A stretch of DNA of 64,000 nucleotides from Antedon mediterranea (Eukaryota; Animalia; Echinodermata), in NCBI RefSeq assembly GCF_964355755.1, contig NC_092673.1, positions 4,712,001 to 4,776,000 on the forward strand. Direction: 5' to 3'. A model generated the notes under the pieces. The model did no database searches, was not told the origin of the DNA, and saw only the letters and a list, made by a program, of their open reading frames with translations. Positions 39,612-52,700 of this stretch are shown in pieces; the first letter of the stretch is position 1; the number at the start of each line of letters is the position of its first letter. The translations under genes and the position numbers were made by a program.

Positions 39612-40515
39612 AAACAAGGCCAACAGCCATTAAGTCGCGTGCTACAATGCATAATGATACCGGACCGACAGACACAGACCGACAGACAGACCGACCGACA
39701 GACAGACCGACCGACATAGTGAACTATAGTCGCGTCCACGCGACTAAAAAGGCATAATTTTGACGAATTTTTTAACTTTTTCATCAAAAACGTGCGCAAA
39801 TTATCCAAATCGACGTGCTCGTATGACGTAGTTTTAAGTCGAAATTGTTTAAAAGATGGTAAAATTATTAGAAAAGGCTGCAAAAACATAAATCACGCGA
39901 AAAAAGTATGTATTTAACGCTACGTGCGCACCACGCGCGTAAAAATTTGCGCGCTTATGGGAATTTTTGACATGCTCAAAATGACAAGAAACGCGTAGAA
40001 AGTTGATTAAAAATGAATTTTGCGCATTTTAAAATGTGCGCGCGTAACTTTATGGCTTTGTGACTCATGGCAATTTTGTAAACGCTTAAAATTGCCTGAA
40101 ACGTACTCTTATTTCATCGAAAATAAATTTTGAAAATTTTAAGCGCGCGTACGCATGCGTTACATGCGCTACGTACGTAATTGTATTGCCATATGATGAT
40201 TTATGCCCTGAAATTTATGAGTACCAAATTTTATTTAATTGTGATTCATGGTTGTGAAGATATGATTACAAACGTGATTTCGTTAAATCGTGCGTAGACC
40301 GCGTAATTTTTTATTGCGCACCGTGAAAACATAACCACATCGATTCCTGGCCATAAGGAATATACTGTGAAAAATTGACTTAGCTAGATTAAACTGATAT
40401 CAAGATAAGGTCAGAAAGCGATAAAACGCATGGTGATACCGGACCGACAGACAGACCGACAGACCGACAGACCGACCGACATAGTGAACTATAGAGTCGC
40501 TTCCACGCGACTGAA
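39612..40515. mobile_element. Helentron-associated (HINE/DINE-1-like) non-autonomous element
   Basis: Inserted in an A-tract of the paralog exon; (GACA/GACC)n microsatellite followed by hairpin AGTCGC..GCGACT, present twice (about 39740 and about 40500); gene homology resumes immediately after. Confidence 0.75.
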
Positions 40516-41499
40516 AATGATGTCCACTTTCTGGATTCAGAAAAATTCAGCATGCGTTTGATGGAAATACTCCAAGAGATTAAGTAGTAGACTACCAAAT
40601 AGAACAGTAGACTTGAAGGAAGCTAATTCTGGTGAAAGACAAGGCACAAATATATGGAAAATTACAATTTCAACTTTGTTGTAGAGATGAACTATCTGCC
40701 AAAGGCATACGTTAACTTCATGTCCTGTTCTTGTCGTAGGACGTAGGATTAGGAAGAACTAGAGACAAGATGAAAGTATCAATTTAAGTCTGAAATAGTA
40801 TACAACCCGTGGCTCTCAATCCGAAATATGAATATTTTATCCACAATTGTATTGCAGACAAATTTCATACACATTTATAAAGTGTAATTTCTAATAGAAT
40901 ATATGTGAAATATATTTAGAGATGTATAAAATGAAAAGGAATAAGTTTGTATCATGTGTGATGCATGTTACATTATAAGTTTTCTATTGTATATTAATCT
41001 ATATATTTGAGGAAATAAAAAAAAGTGAAATCTTCTTCTATAATAAAACTATAACTAATACATTATCTTGTGTACTCCACAGTATTGCATATCTTTAGTT
41101 GTGGGGCATAATATATGGATAAGAACAGAGGTAAAAAATAAGTCACATTCTCAGTATAAAAGAAATTGTAATTTAAAAATGAAATGTAACTAAATAATGG
41201 CAGAAACAAAACTTCTGAAGCAATTTATATTTAATAATGAAGTTACTGTCAGATTAATATTTAATACAGTATTATTTGAATAAACTAACCTTTATTAGAT
41301 TTAGAACTCACTGTATGTTTAGTAGATAGTCTAAGATATGTATATAAGTTGGTGATTGCACAGAATATGAATGAATGTAATTGACTGTAGTAGTTTGTAT
41401 ACAACAAATTGTTGGAATTAAACCTTGGTTCCCACTATGACGCAACGCAAGGAGTTTTGCAAATATTAAGTAATTTGACCAATCAACAAGCAACTGTAA

Positions 41500-43330
41500 A
41501 GACAGTACAACATATAACTTATATAGAAGTTACGAAATAAAGTAAAGCGAGGAATTGAAGCTGCCAAAACTAAGTATTTTTCAACTAGAATAAGACACCT
41601 ACGGCACAATGACTCACGAAAATGGCACTCGCAAATTAAAGATTTAACATCATCTAAAATGGGTCGAGATCTAAATATTAATGTTACAGACATATCAGCC
41701 TCTGATCACTTAGGTATTGCTAATGCAATTAATTCCTAGTTTGCTAGCATTAATAATGACATACCCACCACTAGACTATTGTATTTTACCGGCATATTTG
41801 CCATGTAACAGTCCTGTACCGCAAGTTAAAGAATGGGAGGTTTATAATAAGTTAAAAACCAACCCACATAAATCAGTAGGACCTGATAAAATACCACCCT
41901 TAATTCTTAAAGAGTTTGCCCTTGAGTTAAGTGAACCCCTTACTAATATTTTAAATTGCTCATTTAGGGAAGGAAGTCTCCCCTCCCAATGGAAATCCAC
42001 TGTGACTGTTCCTACCCCAAGGTACACCCACTAAAAATTGATAAGTTAAGACCTATCTCGTTAACATCTGCCTTTGCAAAAGTGGCAGAGCAATTTGTTT
42101 GTGAGTGGGTGGTGGTATCTGATATCCAGAATAAATTAGATGTAAGACAGTATGGCAATGTCAAGGGGGCATCAACTAGCCACTACTTAGTACGTCTAGT
42201 TCATGATATGTGTTCTGCAGCCGAGGAAGCTCATAACATCGGGACGGTTGTCCTTATGGACTTCACTAAGGCCTTTGATCGAATTGAACACAACACCTTA
42301 ATCAATAAAATCATCGACATTGGAGTCCGTGGGTCAATCGTCCCTTGGATTTGCAGCTTCCTCAGCTGCAGAGAACAATGTGTAAAATATAACAACTCCC
42401 TATCAAGTGTTATCACGTTAAAAGCTGGTGTCCCCCAGGGGACTAAACTTGGTCCCATTGCATTTAAAATCATGATCAATGATGCTGTTAAGGGTGCTAA
42501 AACGAAAGCTTTAAAATACGTTGATGACCTATCTGTTTATGAAAATCGTAAGATAACACAACCAGGTCACTTGCAGCATGATCTTAATGAGTTTCATGAC
42601 TGGTGCTAAAGGAATGTTATGGACCTGAACCCTGCTAAATGCCAGGCACTACAAATATGTTTTAGTAAAAGGAATATTCCTGAAAATAAAATTTATATTG
42701 GAGGTAACGAACTAGCATTTGTCACCCATGCTAAAATACTTGGAGTCACTTAAAATGGGATAAGCATATTGGGGATATTGTCCTCAAGGCTAATAGGAAG
42801 CTTTTTATTTTAAGGAGTCTAAAAAAATTTGGCTTCAACCCTGATGAACTATGCTCCATCTACTGTGGGTATATTAGACCCCTCCTTGAATATGCCGATG
42901 TCGTATGGCACCCCGGCTTAACCAAATCGCTTAGCAATTCTATTGAATCAGTCCATATTGGGAAGGGATCACTGATAGGAGAATAGCTCACAGTCTCAGA
43001 TTTGCCAAGGGAATATATGAGACTGTTCATTCTGCTGATCTTTTACCGGTGATACGGTTTGAAAGTCATGGGAGGTTGCTCCGTAATAGTAACAAAATTT
43101 CACAATTACCATTACATCCAGAACCGCCCGTTTCAGTAACAGTCCAATCCCTTATTTTATCCGCCTGCTTAACGCCTAATCTACACTCATCCTTGTATTA
43201 TTCATTATATTGTATGTTTCATATTTTGTATATTTTTATTGGTTTAAGGTACATGCATGTAAAAGTTACCCACAATCTGGCCTTTGACCACTAGTGGTAA
43301 CTTGTGGCATGGTGGTTTTTAATGTTTTAT
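41500..43330 (+). mobile_element. Decayed CR1/L2-group LINE, reverse transcriptase region and 3' end
   Basis: KSVGPDKIP, LRPISLTS, DFTKAFD, GVPQGTKLGP and YVDD motifs across frameshifts and stops; abuts a truncated family-B MITE at about 41422; lies in the paralog 3' UTR homology. Confidence 0.88.
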
Positions 43331-43712
43331 ATGAAATAAAGAATAATATAACTTAGTGAAAGTACCTGTATGATAAATGATTTATTTTGTATGAAAGAAT
43401 TATGAGATCAATAAAAAAAAAAAGAAAACTGTTAGTTTCTTGATTTTTATTAACATACAAAACAATTATTAACATTATTGCTAGTAAAAGATCAATATAT
43501 AATCAAAAATGAAATTGTTAGTTTGATTTTTATTGAATACAGTACAACTTTTCTTGTTTTGATATTGTAAATGTCCAATCATCAAATACATTAAAGGCAC
43601 ATCATCATAAGGTAACATATTAAATTGTGTTACATTACACCATCTGAGGATTTAATTGGAATTTTGTGATGTGAGTTACTGTACAGTTTGTACAAAACTA
43701 CCAGAAACATTA

Positions 43713-44023
43713 TTTTAAAATTCTATTTTGACAAACCAAAATTTGTCACTGACGTGACAGTTTTCAGTGCTCTTTCACAAGCACTTTTTTCAGAGTGATG
43801 ACTACATTGTTAAGCAAAACGCTCACCGTTAGGTGGTGTTCGCCTAACAATAGGGTCATATGCGTGACACAGGAAATGGGCGCCCTCGTCTCGGTTCATG
43901 GTTTTCTCTCCTCTTCGTCTGATCCATATTGCCTCCTTGATGCGTCTGGTGTTTCGTGAAAGGAGCACTGAAACTGTCAGTCAGGTCAGTAACTAATTTT
44001 GGTTTGTCAAAATAGAATTTTGA
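43713..44023 (-). mobile_element. Penelope-like retroelement 3' fragment with inverted terminal copy
   Basis: Minus strand near 43870-43950 reads TRRIKEAIWIRRRGEKTMNRDEGAHFL (GIY-YIG endonuclease C-terminus); ~60-bp inverted repeats at 43713-43778 and 43956-44023. Confidence 0.7.
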
Positions 44024-44584
44024 AATGTTGTGTCTTCAAACCAGATGAACATTTTCAAGAGGTATCATGTCTAGTAATGTCAAACATCCTGCGGTATCAC
44101 ATCAATCTTAATCCCATTTGGGATACTATAGTATACTGATTATTTAGGTTGTTTTAATATTTAAGAGTTTGGTGCTATGGTATAGGCATGTTGCCCTCAG
44201 CAGGCACGATACTGCACAATGTTTATTGTCGCTAGACATGATACTGTACGAGAATCAATTGGCAAATCAAGAAAAACGCTGTGTAATGGTTATTCTGAGT
44301 AATATCGCACAAACACACTATAATGTTTAATTTGTACAAATATCATTTATAATATTTGTACTTTCGGAAAAAATTATGACATGGGTTGTACTGTATTGTG
44401 AAATATAACTATAAACTATTAGTAACAAATAATGGCAAGAAATACACTGTGTAATATAATTAGTTTAAAATGCTGAAAAACTCTGAATAATATCGCACAA
44501 ACAAATTTGTACAAATATCATTTATAATATTTGTACTTTCGGAACAAATTGTGACATGGGTTGTACTGTATTGTGCAATATTAA

Positions 44585-45969
44585 AGTGGACTTGCGCTAC
44601 CTAAAAGTGGACTTGCCCTACCTAAAGCCTGTTTTCCTGTCGACGTTATTCGACGCTATCGTTAACAAAAATCGGCGATCTTCTACGTAAACATTAACAT
44701 TTTAACGATTTACAGGAAAAGGTACTTTTTTAACTAACGACGACGATACAAAATGTCGGCGATTTACAGGAAAAGGTGTAATAATCGACGGTAATCGACG
44801 CTACAAGTCGCGATCGTTGACAATCGCAAGAGTTGAATCCAGTTCAACTCTAGCGATATCGCAACGCTAAAACGTAAGAACTGACCAATCATCATGGCGA
44901 TACAGCACATGACGTCACATAATTGATGGCAAATTCTGCTTACTACATTTATTTTTGTTGCATCGCGGCGCGGTCAAAGCTAGGCCTAGCCTTACCAAAG
45001 TTACTATAAAATGATGTTCCGGAAAGTAAGTGCGGGAATATTAGGTAGGTCAAAGTTTTCAGCCTAGTCCAAAATGCTATTTGGACTAGGATAGGCCTAC
45101 TGAAAACGAAGAACCATCTGTATAGAGATATTAGTATGCCTAGGCCCACGTGTCCTACACTGTGAGCCTACTGCTAGAGGCAGGGGAGTCCTCTATTCAT
45201 TTTTGCGCGTTACGACGACGTCGAGAAAGAAGACCGGAGTTTCAACTCTAACGTTCAACGCTAGAAATCAAATGTTCGCGCTATCGTTAACATTTCAACT
45301 TGATCGTTTTCAAACGATCGTCGTTGAACTTTTAACGATTAACGACGATAGCGTCGACTAACGTCGACAGGAAAACAGGCTTAAAAGTGGACGTGCGCTA
45401 CCTTAAAGTGGACGTGCGCTACCTAAAATTGGACTTGCGCTACCTAAAATTGGATTTGCGGTACCTAAAATTGGACTTGCGCTACCTAAAATTGGATTTG
45501 CGCTACCTAAAATTGGATTTGCGCTACCTAAAATTGGACTTGCACTACCTAAAATTGGACTTGCACTACCTAAAATTGGATTTGCGCTACTTAAAAGTGG
45601 ACTTGCGCTACTTAAAAGTGGACGTGCGCTACCTTAAAGTGGACTTGCGCTACCTAAAAGTGGATGTGCGCTACCTAAAAGTGGATGTGCGCTACCTAAA
45701 ATTGGACGTGCGCTACCTAAAATTGGACGTGCGCTACCTAAAATTGGATGTGCGCTACCTAAAATTGGATGTGCGCTACCTAAAAGTGGACGTGCGCTAC
45801 CTAAAAGTGGACGTGCGCTACCTAAAAGTGGACTTGCGCTACCTAAAATTGGACGTGCGCTACCTAAAAGTGGACTTGCGCTACCTAAAAGTGGACGTGT
45901 GCTACCTAAAAGTGGACTTGCGCTACTTAAAATTGGACGTGCGCTACCTAAAAGTGGATGTGCGCTACA
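44585..45969. repeat. 21-bp tandem minisatellite (GTGCGCTACCTAAAAGTGGAC variants), interrupted by a MITE
   Basis: Two units at 44585-44625 and about 28 units at 45382-45969. Confidence 0.95.
44626..45381. mobile_element. PIF/Harbinger-like non-autonomous element inserted in the minisatellite
   Basis: Perfect 23-bp TIR AGCCTGTTTTCCTGTCGACGTTA with TAA duplication. Confidence 0.88.
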
Positions 45970-46047
45970 TTAACTATAAACTATTAGTAACAAATAATGG
46001 CAAGACATACTTGTGTGTAATAGTTTTACATTAGCTTAAATAAAAAC

Positions 46048-46411
46048 CATAGAGATACTAATAAACACCTACGAGACATTGATTTGATGCAAACAGGGCA
46101 GGGACTTTCAAAATGGCCGCTGTGTATTTGTTACGTATAACATTTTTGTTTTTATAAATTAAATCTATTGTTAAGGGAAATAAAAAGGAATGTCTTTGTA
46201 AAAGTATTACATTTTCGCATACAAGATTGTATAAGAATTCTCATGTTAACTGCTCAACATGCAGACATAATGGGGCATGAATAAGTATTGGACGCAGCTT
46301 CAATCTGGCTGATAGTAGACGCAGCCATTTTGTATGGTCTGTTTCCCTGAACACTTTTGAGCTGTTAATGAGTGCAAGTTAACACTATAGTAGTTTAGTA
46401 ATATCTCTATG
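46048..46411. mobile_element. MITE with CATAGAGATA termini (P-element-like)
   Basis: Imperfect TIRs CATAGAGATACTAATAAAC / GTTTAGTAATATCTCTATG; TSD not clean. Confidence 0.55.
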
Positions 46412-46768
46412 AAAAATACAGAACGACAGAATTGACGTAATACGAAAAGAACAATTAATTAAATGTATTTTTAAGTCCAAAATATGGGGTGTTTAACTGT
46501 AATAATTCACATTCTCCAATGATGTGACCATAAAGAATGGAATTGGTGTTTTCTATATATCTAGGCTTCAGTCTAGACTTATTCATATGGTATTTTTTTT
46601 TCTAGTCCACACATGTGTATCTGTGCAGAATTGGTTAATTGTCTCGTCTCATATCTATACATGTTTCTGAATAATCCATATCATTAAGACATTTCAAATT
46701 ATATAATAAATAATATAAAACTTTCCTACAATACGTACTACTATGCAGATTCTTGAAGCAGTGTAACT

Positions 46769-49700
46769 TTAAAACAGGCCAATTATTATGCTAAAACTCA
46801 AGATGTAAAACAACCCAGCTACAGGTGAAAGAGTAGTGGAGGATGATGGTGGAAGTTCATCCACAACGTTAATCTGCCATCCAAGAAAACGATGAGTGTA
46901 ACACTGTAAAATAAAGGTAGATTTTTTCATTTCTTTATTAGCCATAAAAATACAAAAAATACATAGTCCAAGATGGCATGGAATCACCACAGTTTAAAAT
47001 AAAACTTTGACCCTCAGGCCGGTCACTCCGTTTCAGATTGATTGAAAGATGGAAAAATGTAGAACAAAACTAAGAGCATAACACTGTAAAATAAATTTAA
47101 TTGATTGAAAGATGGACAAAAGTAGAATAATTTGAACCAACTTCAAAGATTTTTCTATAGACTCTTGAAGGGAAGCTTAAGAGCCTTCTCGGCTATAGGC
47201 TCTTGGAACTTACAATGGGTAAAGCTCTGTCTACACTATCAAACTTTATGTGACAAAAATATGTGATGTGTATACAGTTTCAGGTGGTCTTCAAGAGCCT
47301 TTGCCAGCTATGATTTAAACTGATGTTTTGAAGCATACAAATATTCATGTATTGAACGCATAGAAATACAGTATATTAAAAACAGCATGGAGGATTCTGA
47401 GGTGGCCCGTGTGTGTAACAGATACGGTAATTCAAGATTCAAGAAATGTCATTGGTCCACTTTGAAATGGAAATTTGTTTTGCTTGGCATAATTAAGACA
47501 ATAAACAACAAAGAAAATACATCAAATTGCAAAAGGCAATGTTAAAATACTATTTATAGGCGGCCCATGTTAAAATACTGTAAAAAACTATTAAAAATGC
47601 AGATGGCTAAACGCCCATAGGCCCTGTAAAATACTGTTAAAACAATTAAAATTCAACAAAAAATTACAGCAAAGAGTTATCGTCGAACGTTAGAATTATT
47701 CACATTGATGCTATTTACAACAAAGGACTTTCTAGTTTTACATAGATTGTTTTTTTTTGTTGGGGGGGGGGGGGGGGTCTGAAGATATGGACGAGGTCAT
47801 CTCTAAGTCAACAACAATAATGATTACCGCATCCCAAACTACTATGCCACCTGAACTTATATTTGCAATAGTGAATTTTTTACCTGGTAGTACACAATAT
47901 CAGGTGTGCTCGCGTCTGGTGTCCAGGTGAGTGTAGCTTCCTCTTTTGGCGATGCACATTGCATTTCTAGAGTCTTTCTATAAGCTTCGGCCGATGTGGA
48001 AGTTGTGCTTTTATCCCCATTCTTGTCGTTCAATTCGCAGAGGGTTCCATCTAGAAAAAAAGTTTTTATTTAGTCTATAATTAAAATGAAAACACACAAA
48101 TGAAATGGTTTTTATCATTTTTGGTAAAAATGAATATTATAACTATGATTTAAATAGAATATTCAACAAAACAATGTTTAAAAATTATTCTTGCAGTAAT
48201 AACATAAATAGGAACGTTAAACTAAAAAGAAAAATTGCTGAACTTTGTGTTAATAATGTACTTAAGCTCTGTCTACACTATCAAATGTTTAACGTTTAAC
48301 ACATCACATTTTTTTGTCACATAACGTTACGTTATGTGACAAAAAAATGTGATGTGTCCATTACTATGGACATGATGATGTCATATCACTACCATATTTG
48401 GGCATATCACAGTTTTTTGTTAAACTAGTTTGATAGTGTAGACAGAATTTTAGAGAAGAAAAGGAAAAAAAACCATGCAATATTAATGTTAACTTTAATA
48501 CTCACTGACTGGTCCAGCATATATAACATGGTTCTACAAACAAAATTATTAAAACAAAAAGCTTTAATGCGATAATTTAAATCACTATTATTAAACTTTT
48601 CATCTTTTTAACTACTTAGTAATAATAAATAGTAGTATTATAGGTTTGTTTGGTGAATAAGATAAGATTTTATTTTATTTTTATTTTATTCAATCGAAAC
48701 CAACAGCGATAATTACCGCCACTAACAAGGTTTGATACAAACAAAGCCAGGACTGTTTAAAGCACCTTGATCGGTCCTAACATTGATCAAGGGCTTCTCT
48801 CGTCCAGTGCCCACCTTCACCAGAGGAAAGATACTAGATGCAGGGGCTGCCATAAGAGTCAGCAATGCTGATTTCAAATGCCTAACAGGACCACCAGCTC
48901 CATATACCAGCACCCGAGTTTTTTAATAATAATAATAGGCTTATTCTAATAGATGAAGGGTTTATGTAATGTCAAAACGTATTTACCACTTTTTCCATGT
49001 CTGTCAGTGATGCATATCCACCGCCTTTGTCGTTCGTAATGTAGAATGGATGATACGAGGCCGATTGGCTGGCATCATTCCCGCCAAGAACTTTAAATGT
49101 GTAGTTTACATTGCGTTTCAAATAAATTCTTGGAATGAGCATGTCATTGATGTACCAAGATATTCCCCAGCCAACATTATCTAGATTACGAAATGCAACA
49201 GAACACAGTATGTATTACATATGCTAGACTAGTAATTTAGTAATCTCAGCAGATTGTCCCAAAGTGCAATGTATAGTTGTTTTAATGAATGTGATTTTTT
49301 GTGATAGTGAGGCTGCTGGTAGGACCATGCACACCTCTGCCACACCATAAATTGATTTAATGGGCATTCACAGGAGGGGGGTTGCCCACAAGTCCAAATT
49401 TAACGACTGAAGGGGATTCACAAAGGTCAAAGCCTACTGTAGTTCACCATGAAACATATTATTTATGACATGAACAAATATATATCATTTTTCTGATCTT
49501 TATTGAGAGAGTAACTCAGTCCCTATTTACCAGTGATACTTGTGTATCCTCTCTCTCCTCCCGACTGACCAATAACAGCCGTCAATTCCATGTTGTCTTC
49601 GTCACCGATTAGTCGCAATTCCTTCCATCCATTCACCTCATCCAAATCACCAAGCGATGAACAAGACTTTGATGGTGATCGTCCAAACGATAACGACATT

Positions 49701-52700
49701 CCACCTAAAAAACAATGAAACGGCAATCAATTTAACATTGCTATCCACTGGCATTATGTAATGGTAAAAAATGTGTTGTATTCTGGTAAATCCTTTATCA
49801 AACATTTCTGGAATTACAGGGTTTTAGTACAAAATGTAAACAATTTTGTTGCATACTATTTCATTTCATTTCATAATAACATTTATTTCCTTCATAATAT
49901 ACAAAATAAATAATATAATACACAAAATTCATGACGAGAAGAAAGATAGTTAAAACAATACAATTTTTTTTTCTCATCTTTAACATGAATAAAACAATAT
50001 TATGAAGGAGGCACAATTTCTAAAAAGCAAAAGCTTGTGTTGAAAGTGCCTGAACAAAACAAAAAGTAACTAAAATCAAATTAGTAAATAATAGTAAATG
50101 GTATATAGGAATAAAGTAATTACCATGACGGAATATGAAAACAATAAAAAACTGATACCTAGAATAATTAATTTACTTTTGTATTAGATATTGTTTAGTG
50201 TTAAAGACGAAGCTATGTTTGTTTGCAGAAGTTGTAATTTTGTTAGGAAGTGAGTTCCATATCTTGGGTCCAGTAAATCTAATATTATGTTGAAAAGAAG
50301 TCTTTTTATGTTTAGGAATATGAAGGTTATTGAGGATTCTTGTGGAATAGCCGTGAAATTCATAATTGGGAGAAAACATATCGCGTAAATGAGATGGAAG
50401 AAGAGCATTTTGGCTTTTGTAAATAAATAAACATTGTTGGAAAATATTAATATCTGTTAATTTTAATAATTTGAGAGAACGAAATAAAGGATCTGTACTA
50501 GTTCTAGGTGAAACATTCGAAATTATTCGAATGATTTTCTTTTGTAGTATTTGAAGTTTATTTAAATTAGATGGGAATGTGTTACACCAAACGATATTGC
50601 AATATAAAAGATATGGCAAAACAAGGGAGCAGTAGAGTGTTCGGAGAATATGATGTGGAAGAAAAGATGCCAGTCTACAAATTATACCAATATTTTTTGA
50701 GATTTTGTTTTCTGTCTCAATAACATGGGGTTTCCATGTCAGACGACTATCAATGGATACACCCAAAAATTTTGCATGATTGACCATGGGGAGAACAGAA
50801 CCATTTAGTTTAATTTGCAATGGACCTAATTTAATCGGCATCGTACTACTTCTAAACAAAACATAGCTGCACTTTTTTAGATTTACAGAAAGGCTGTTTG
50901 CCAGAAACCATTCGGATACATTAATTAAACTTGTATTTACAGTGTTAAATAACGACTCTAAGTGTCGATTTTTACAGATTAGTGTTGTGTCATCTGCATA
51001 TAAAAAGTAAGATAAAGATACTGACGAATTGTAAATATCATTCACATATAAAAGAAACAGAAGAGGACCTAGTATATACACTTCTTGTTAAAGTTTCTTT
51101 GTATTTTTATGAAGACAAATAAAATTGATTAATTTTATATATTTCTAAACATTTTCTCTAGATATTCATAATTGTTGGCCTTACCACGTTCAATATGTCG
51201 AACAGCAAGTCTATCGGCATTAATCTGTCCAATTGACCAGACTATTTGAGTTGACCCGGTCGTTGAAATTACTTTGTCGCCAACACTATCTCCTAAAAAT
51301 GCAATAGATGTAGTAACATTACCTTTTTATAAAACAGTTATATTATGGTTAATACTATTCAGATCTCTCTCACTTCATTAATATTCCTGAGGAGGAAGAA
51401 TATGAATATTCATTAAGTTTCTGCACAGGAACGGCTTTCTAGGTTGGGTCTATCGTCACTCGAAGATAGACGTAGTAGAGGTGACATGATTGAAACTTAT
51501 AAGATTATTCATGGTCTCGAAAATGTTTGTTTTTCTGATTTTTTTTAATTTCAAAAAATTCTGCTGGCCATTTTACACGAGGTCATCCTTTTAAGTTGTG
51601 TAAACCTTGGTTTAATACCTTTAGTAGAGCTTCTTTCTTTGATATACGTATCATAAAGGTAAGGAATTCATTACCTTATCACATTGTTTCACAGCACATA
51701 AACCTATAGGAGTAATTACTCTTTGCCTCCTCATTTCACTAAGAAGCATCACTAAGGTAAGTAATGTATAGTTACAACTAGCATTTTCCCTGTTGACACC
51801 CCTGATTATACCAAACAACATACAGATAGAGGTTTATTGACACCTACCTGTATCTAGCTTTCTACTGAATGCGATTGATGTTACTCCATTTAACAACACT
51901 GCAGAGGCATCGTCAACGTCATTGACAGCTCCAACCTCTGTGTCAGGACAAGCCCCGCTACCACCTGAACACTGAAGATAAATCATATTAATATTGTTTA
52001 TTGTTTTTAATAAATTAAAGATACAGATACAAATCAAAAGAAGTAATTTAAAGTAAAGAAGTTTTTTGTAAAATAGAAAAAAATTAATTTGGATTTTCTT
52101 TTTGAAACACCAATTTTCCACTTATTACGATAACCTACCTGTGCGTATGCAGTTAACTTGTAATCCTGGGCTCTGCCAATATTTCCGTCAAACCATGCCA
52201 CTGTTACATCAGCGCCAAACATCAAAGTACTACTTGTTGATCCACTTAGTCCAAATGCCATGTAATCATTGACGTTGACACGTCCACGAAGTTGTATATC
52301 TATGACATCATCATCTCTAACGGTCCAACTTACTTGAAGGCGCTCATCAAGTTCCTCACAGTTGTCATATTCATTAACAAGCTTTAATCAAAATCAAAAG
52401 AATGTAAAAATATTGTAATAATGTGTGCCTAAATATGGATGGATTTCATAATTTTAAAAAACAAGGTACGACGTCTACATAATTTCCGAAAATTTTAGGA
52501 AAATTATGTTATCCAGTCAAGGTAGAGTTGTGGCGAGTTGCATTGAATTGCGCTGAATTAACAGGAAAAGAGGGTAAAAATAAATTCTAAAAATGGTTAT
52601 AATCTGCCATCTACTTCTACACTCTTCAACTTCAACGATACGAAACTGACCAATCATATGGTTCACAAATTACGTCATATGTGCTGACAATTATTGAATT

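Larger units (their letters stand above)
36815..40715 (+). pseudogene. Tandem paralog of the macro-Deltex gene retaining KH-like + two macrodomains, RING and DTC deleted
   Basis: Open exons 36815-37679 and 38151-39008. The exon from 39170 has a 4-nt deletion in GIFG, a stop at 39360-39362 and an insertion at about 39612-40515. The sequence then jumps to the last-exon remnant RDELSAKGIR* (40685-40715). Confidence 0.85.

Noticed and set aside
41717-42609. Domesticated or defence-type reverse transcriptase linked to the macro/kinase locus
   Set aside because: Ordinary LINE RT motifs with frameshifts and stops, inserted in 3' UTR homology.
45387-46034. 215-aa ORF of LKLDLRY heptads resembling a leucine zipper
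   Set aside because: It is the translation of a 21-bp minisatellite that is interrupted by a transposon, and it starts at GTG without splice support.
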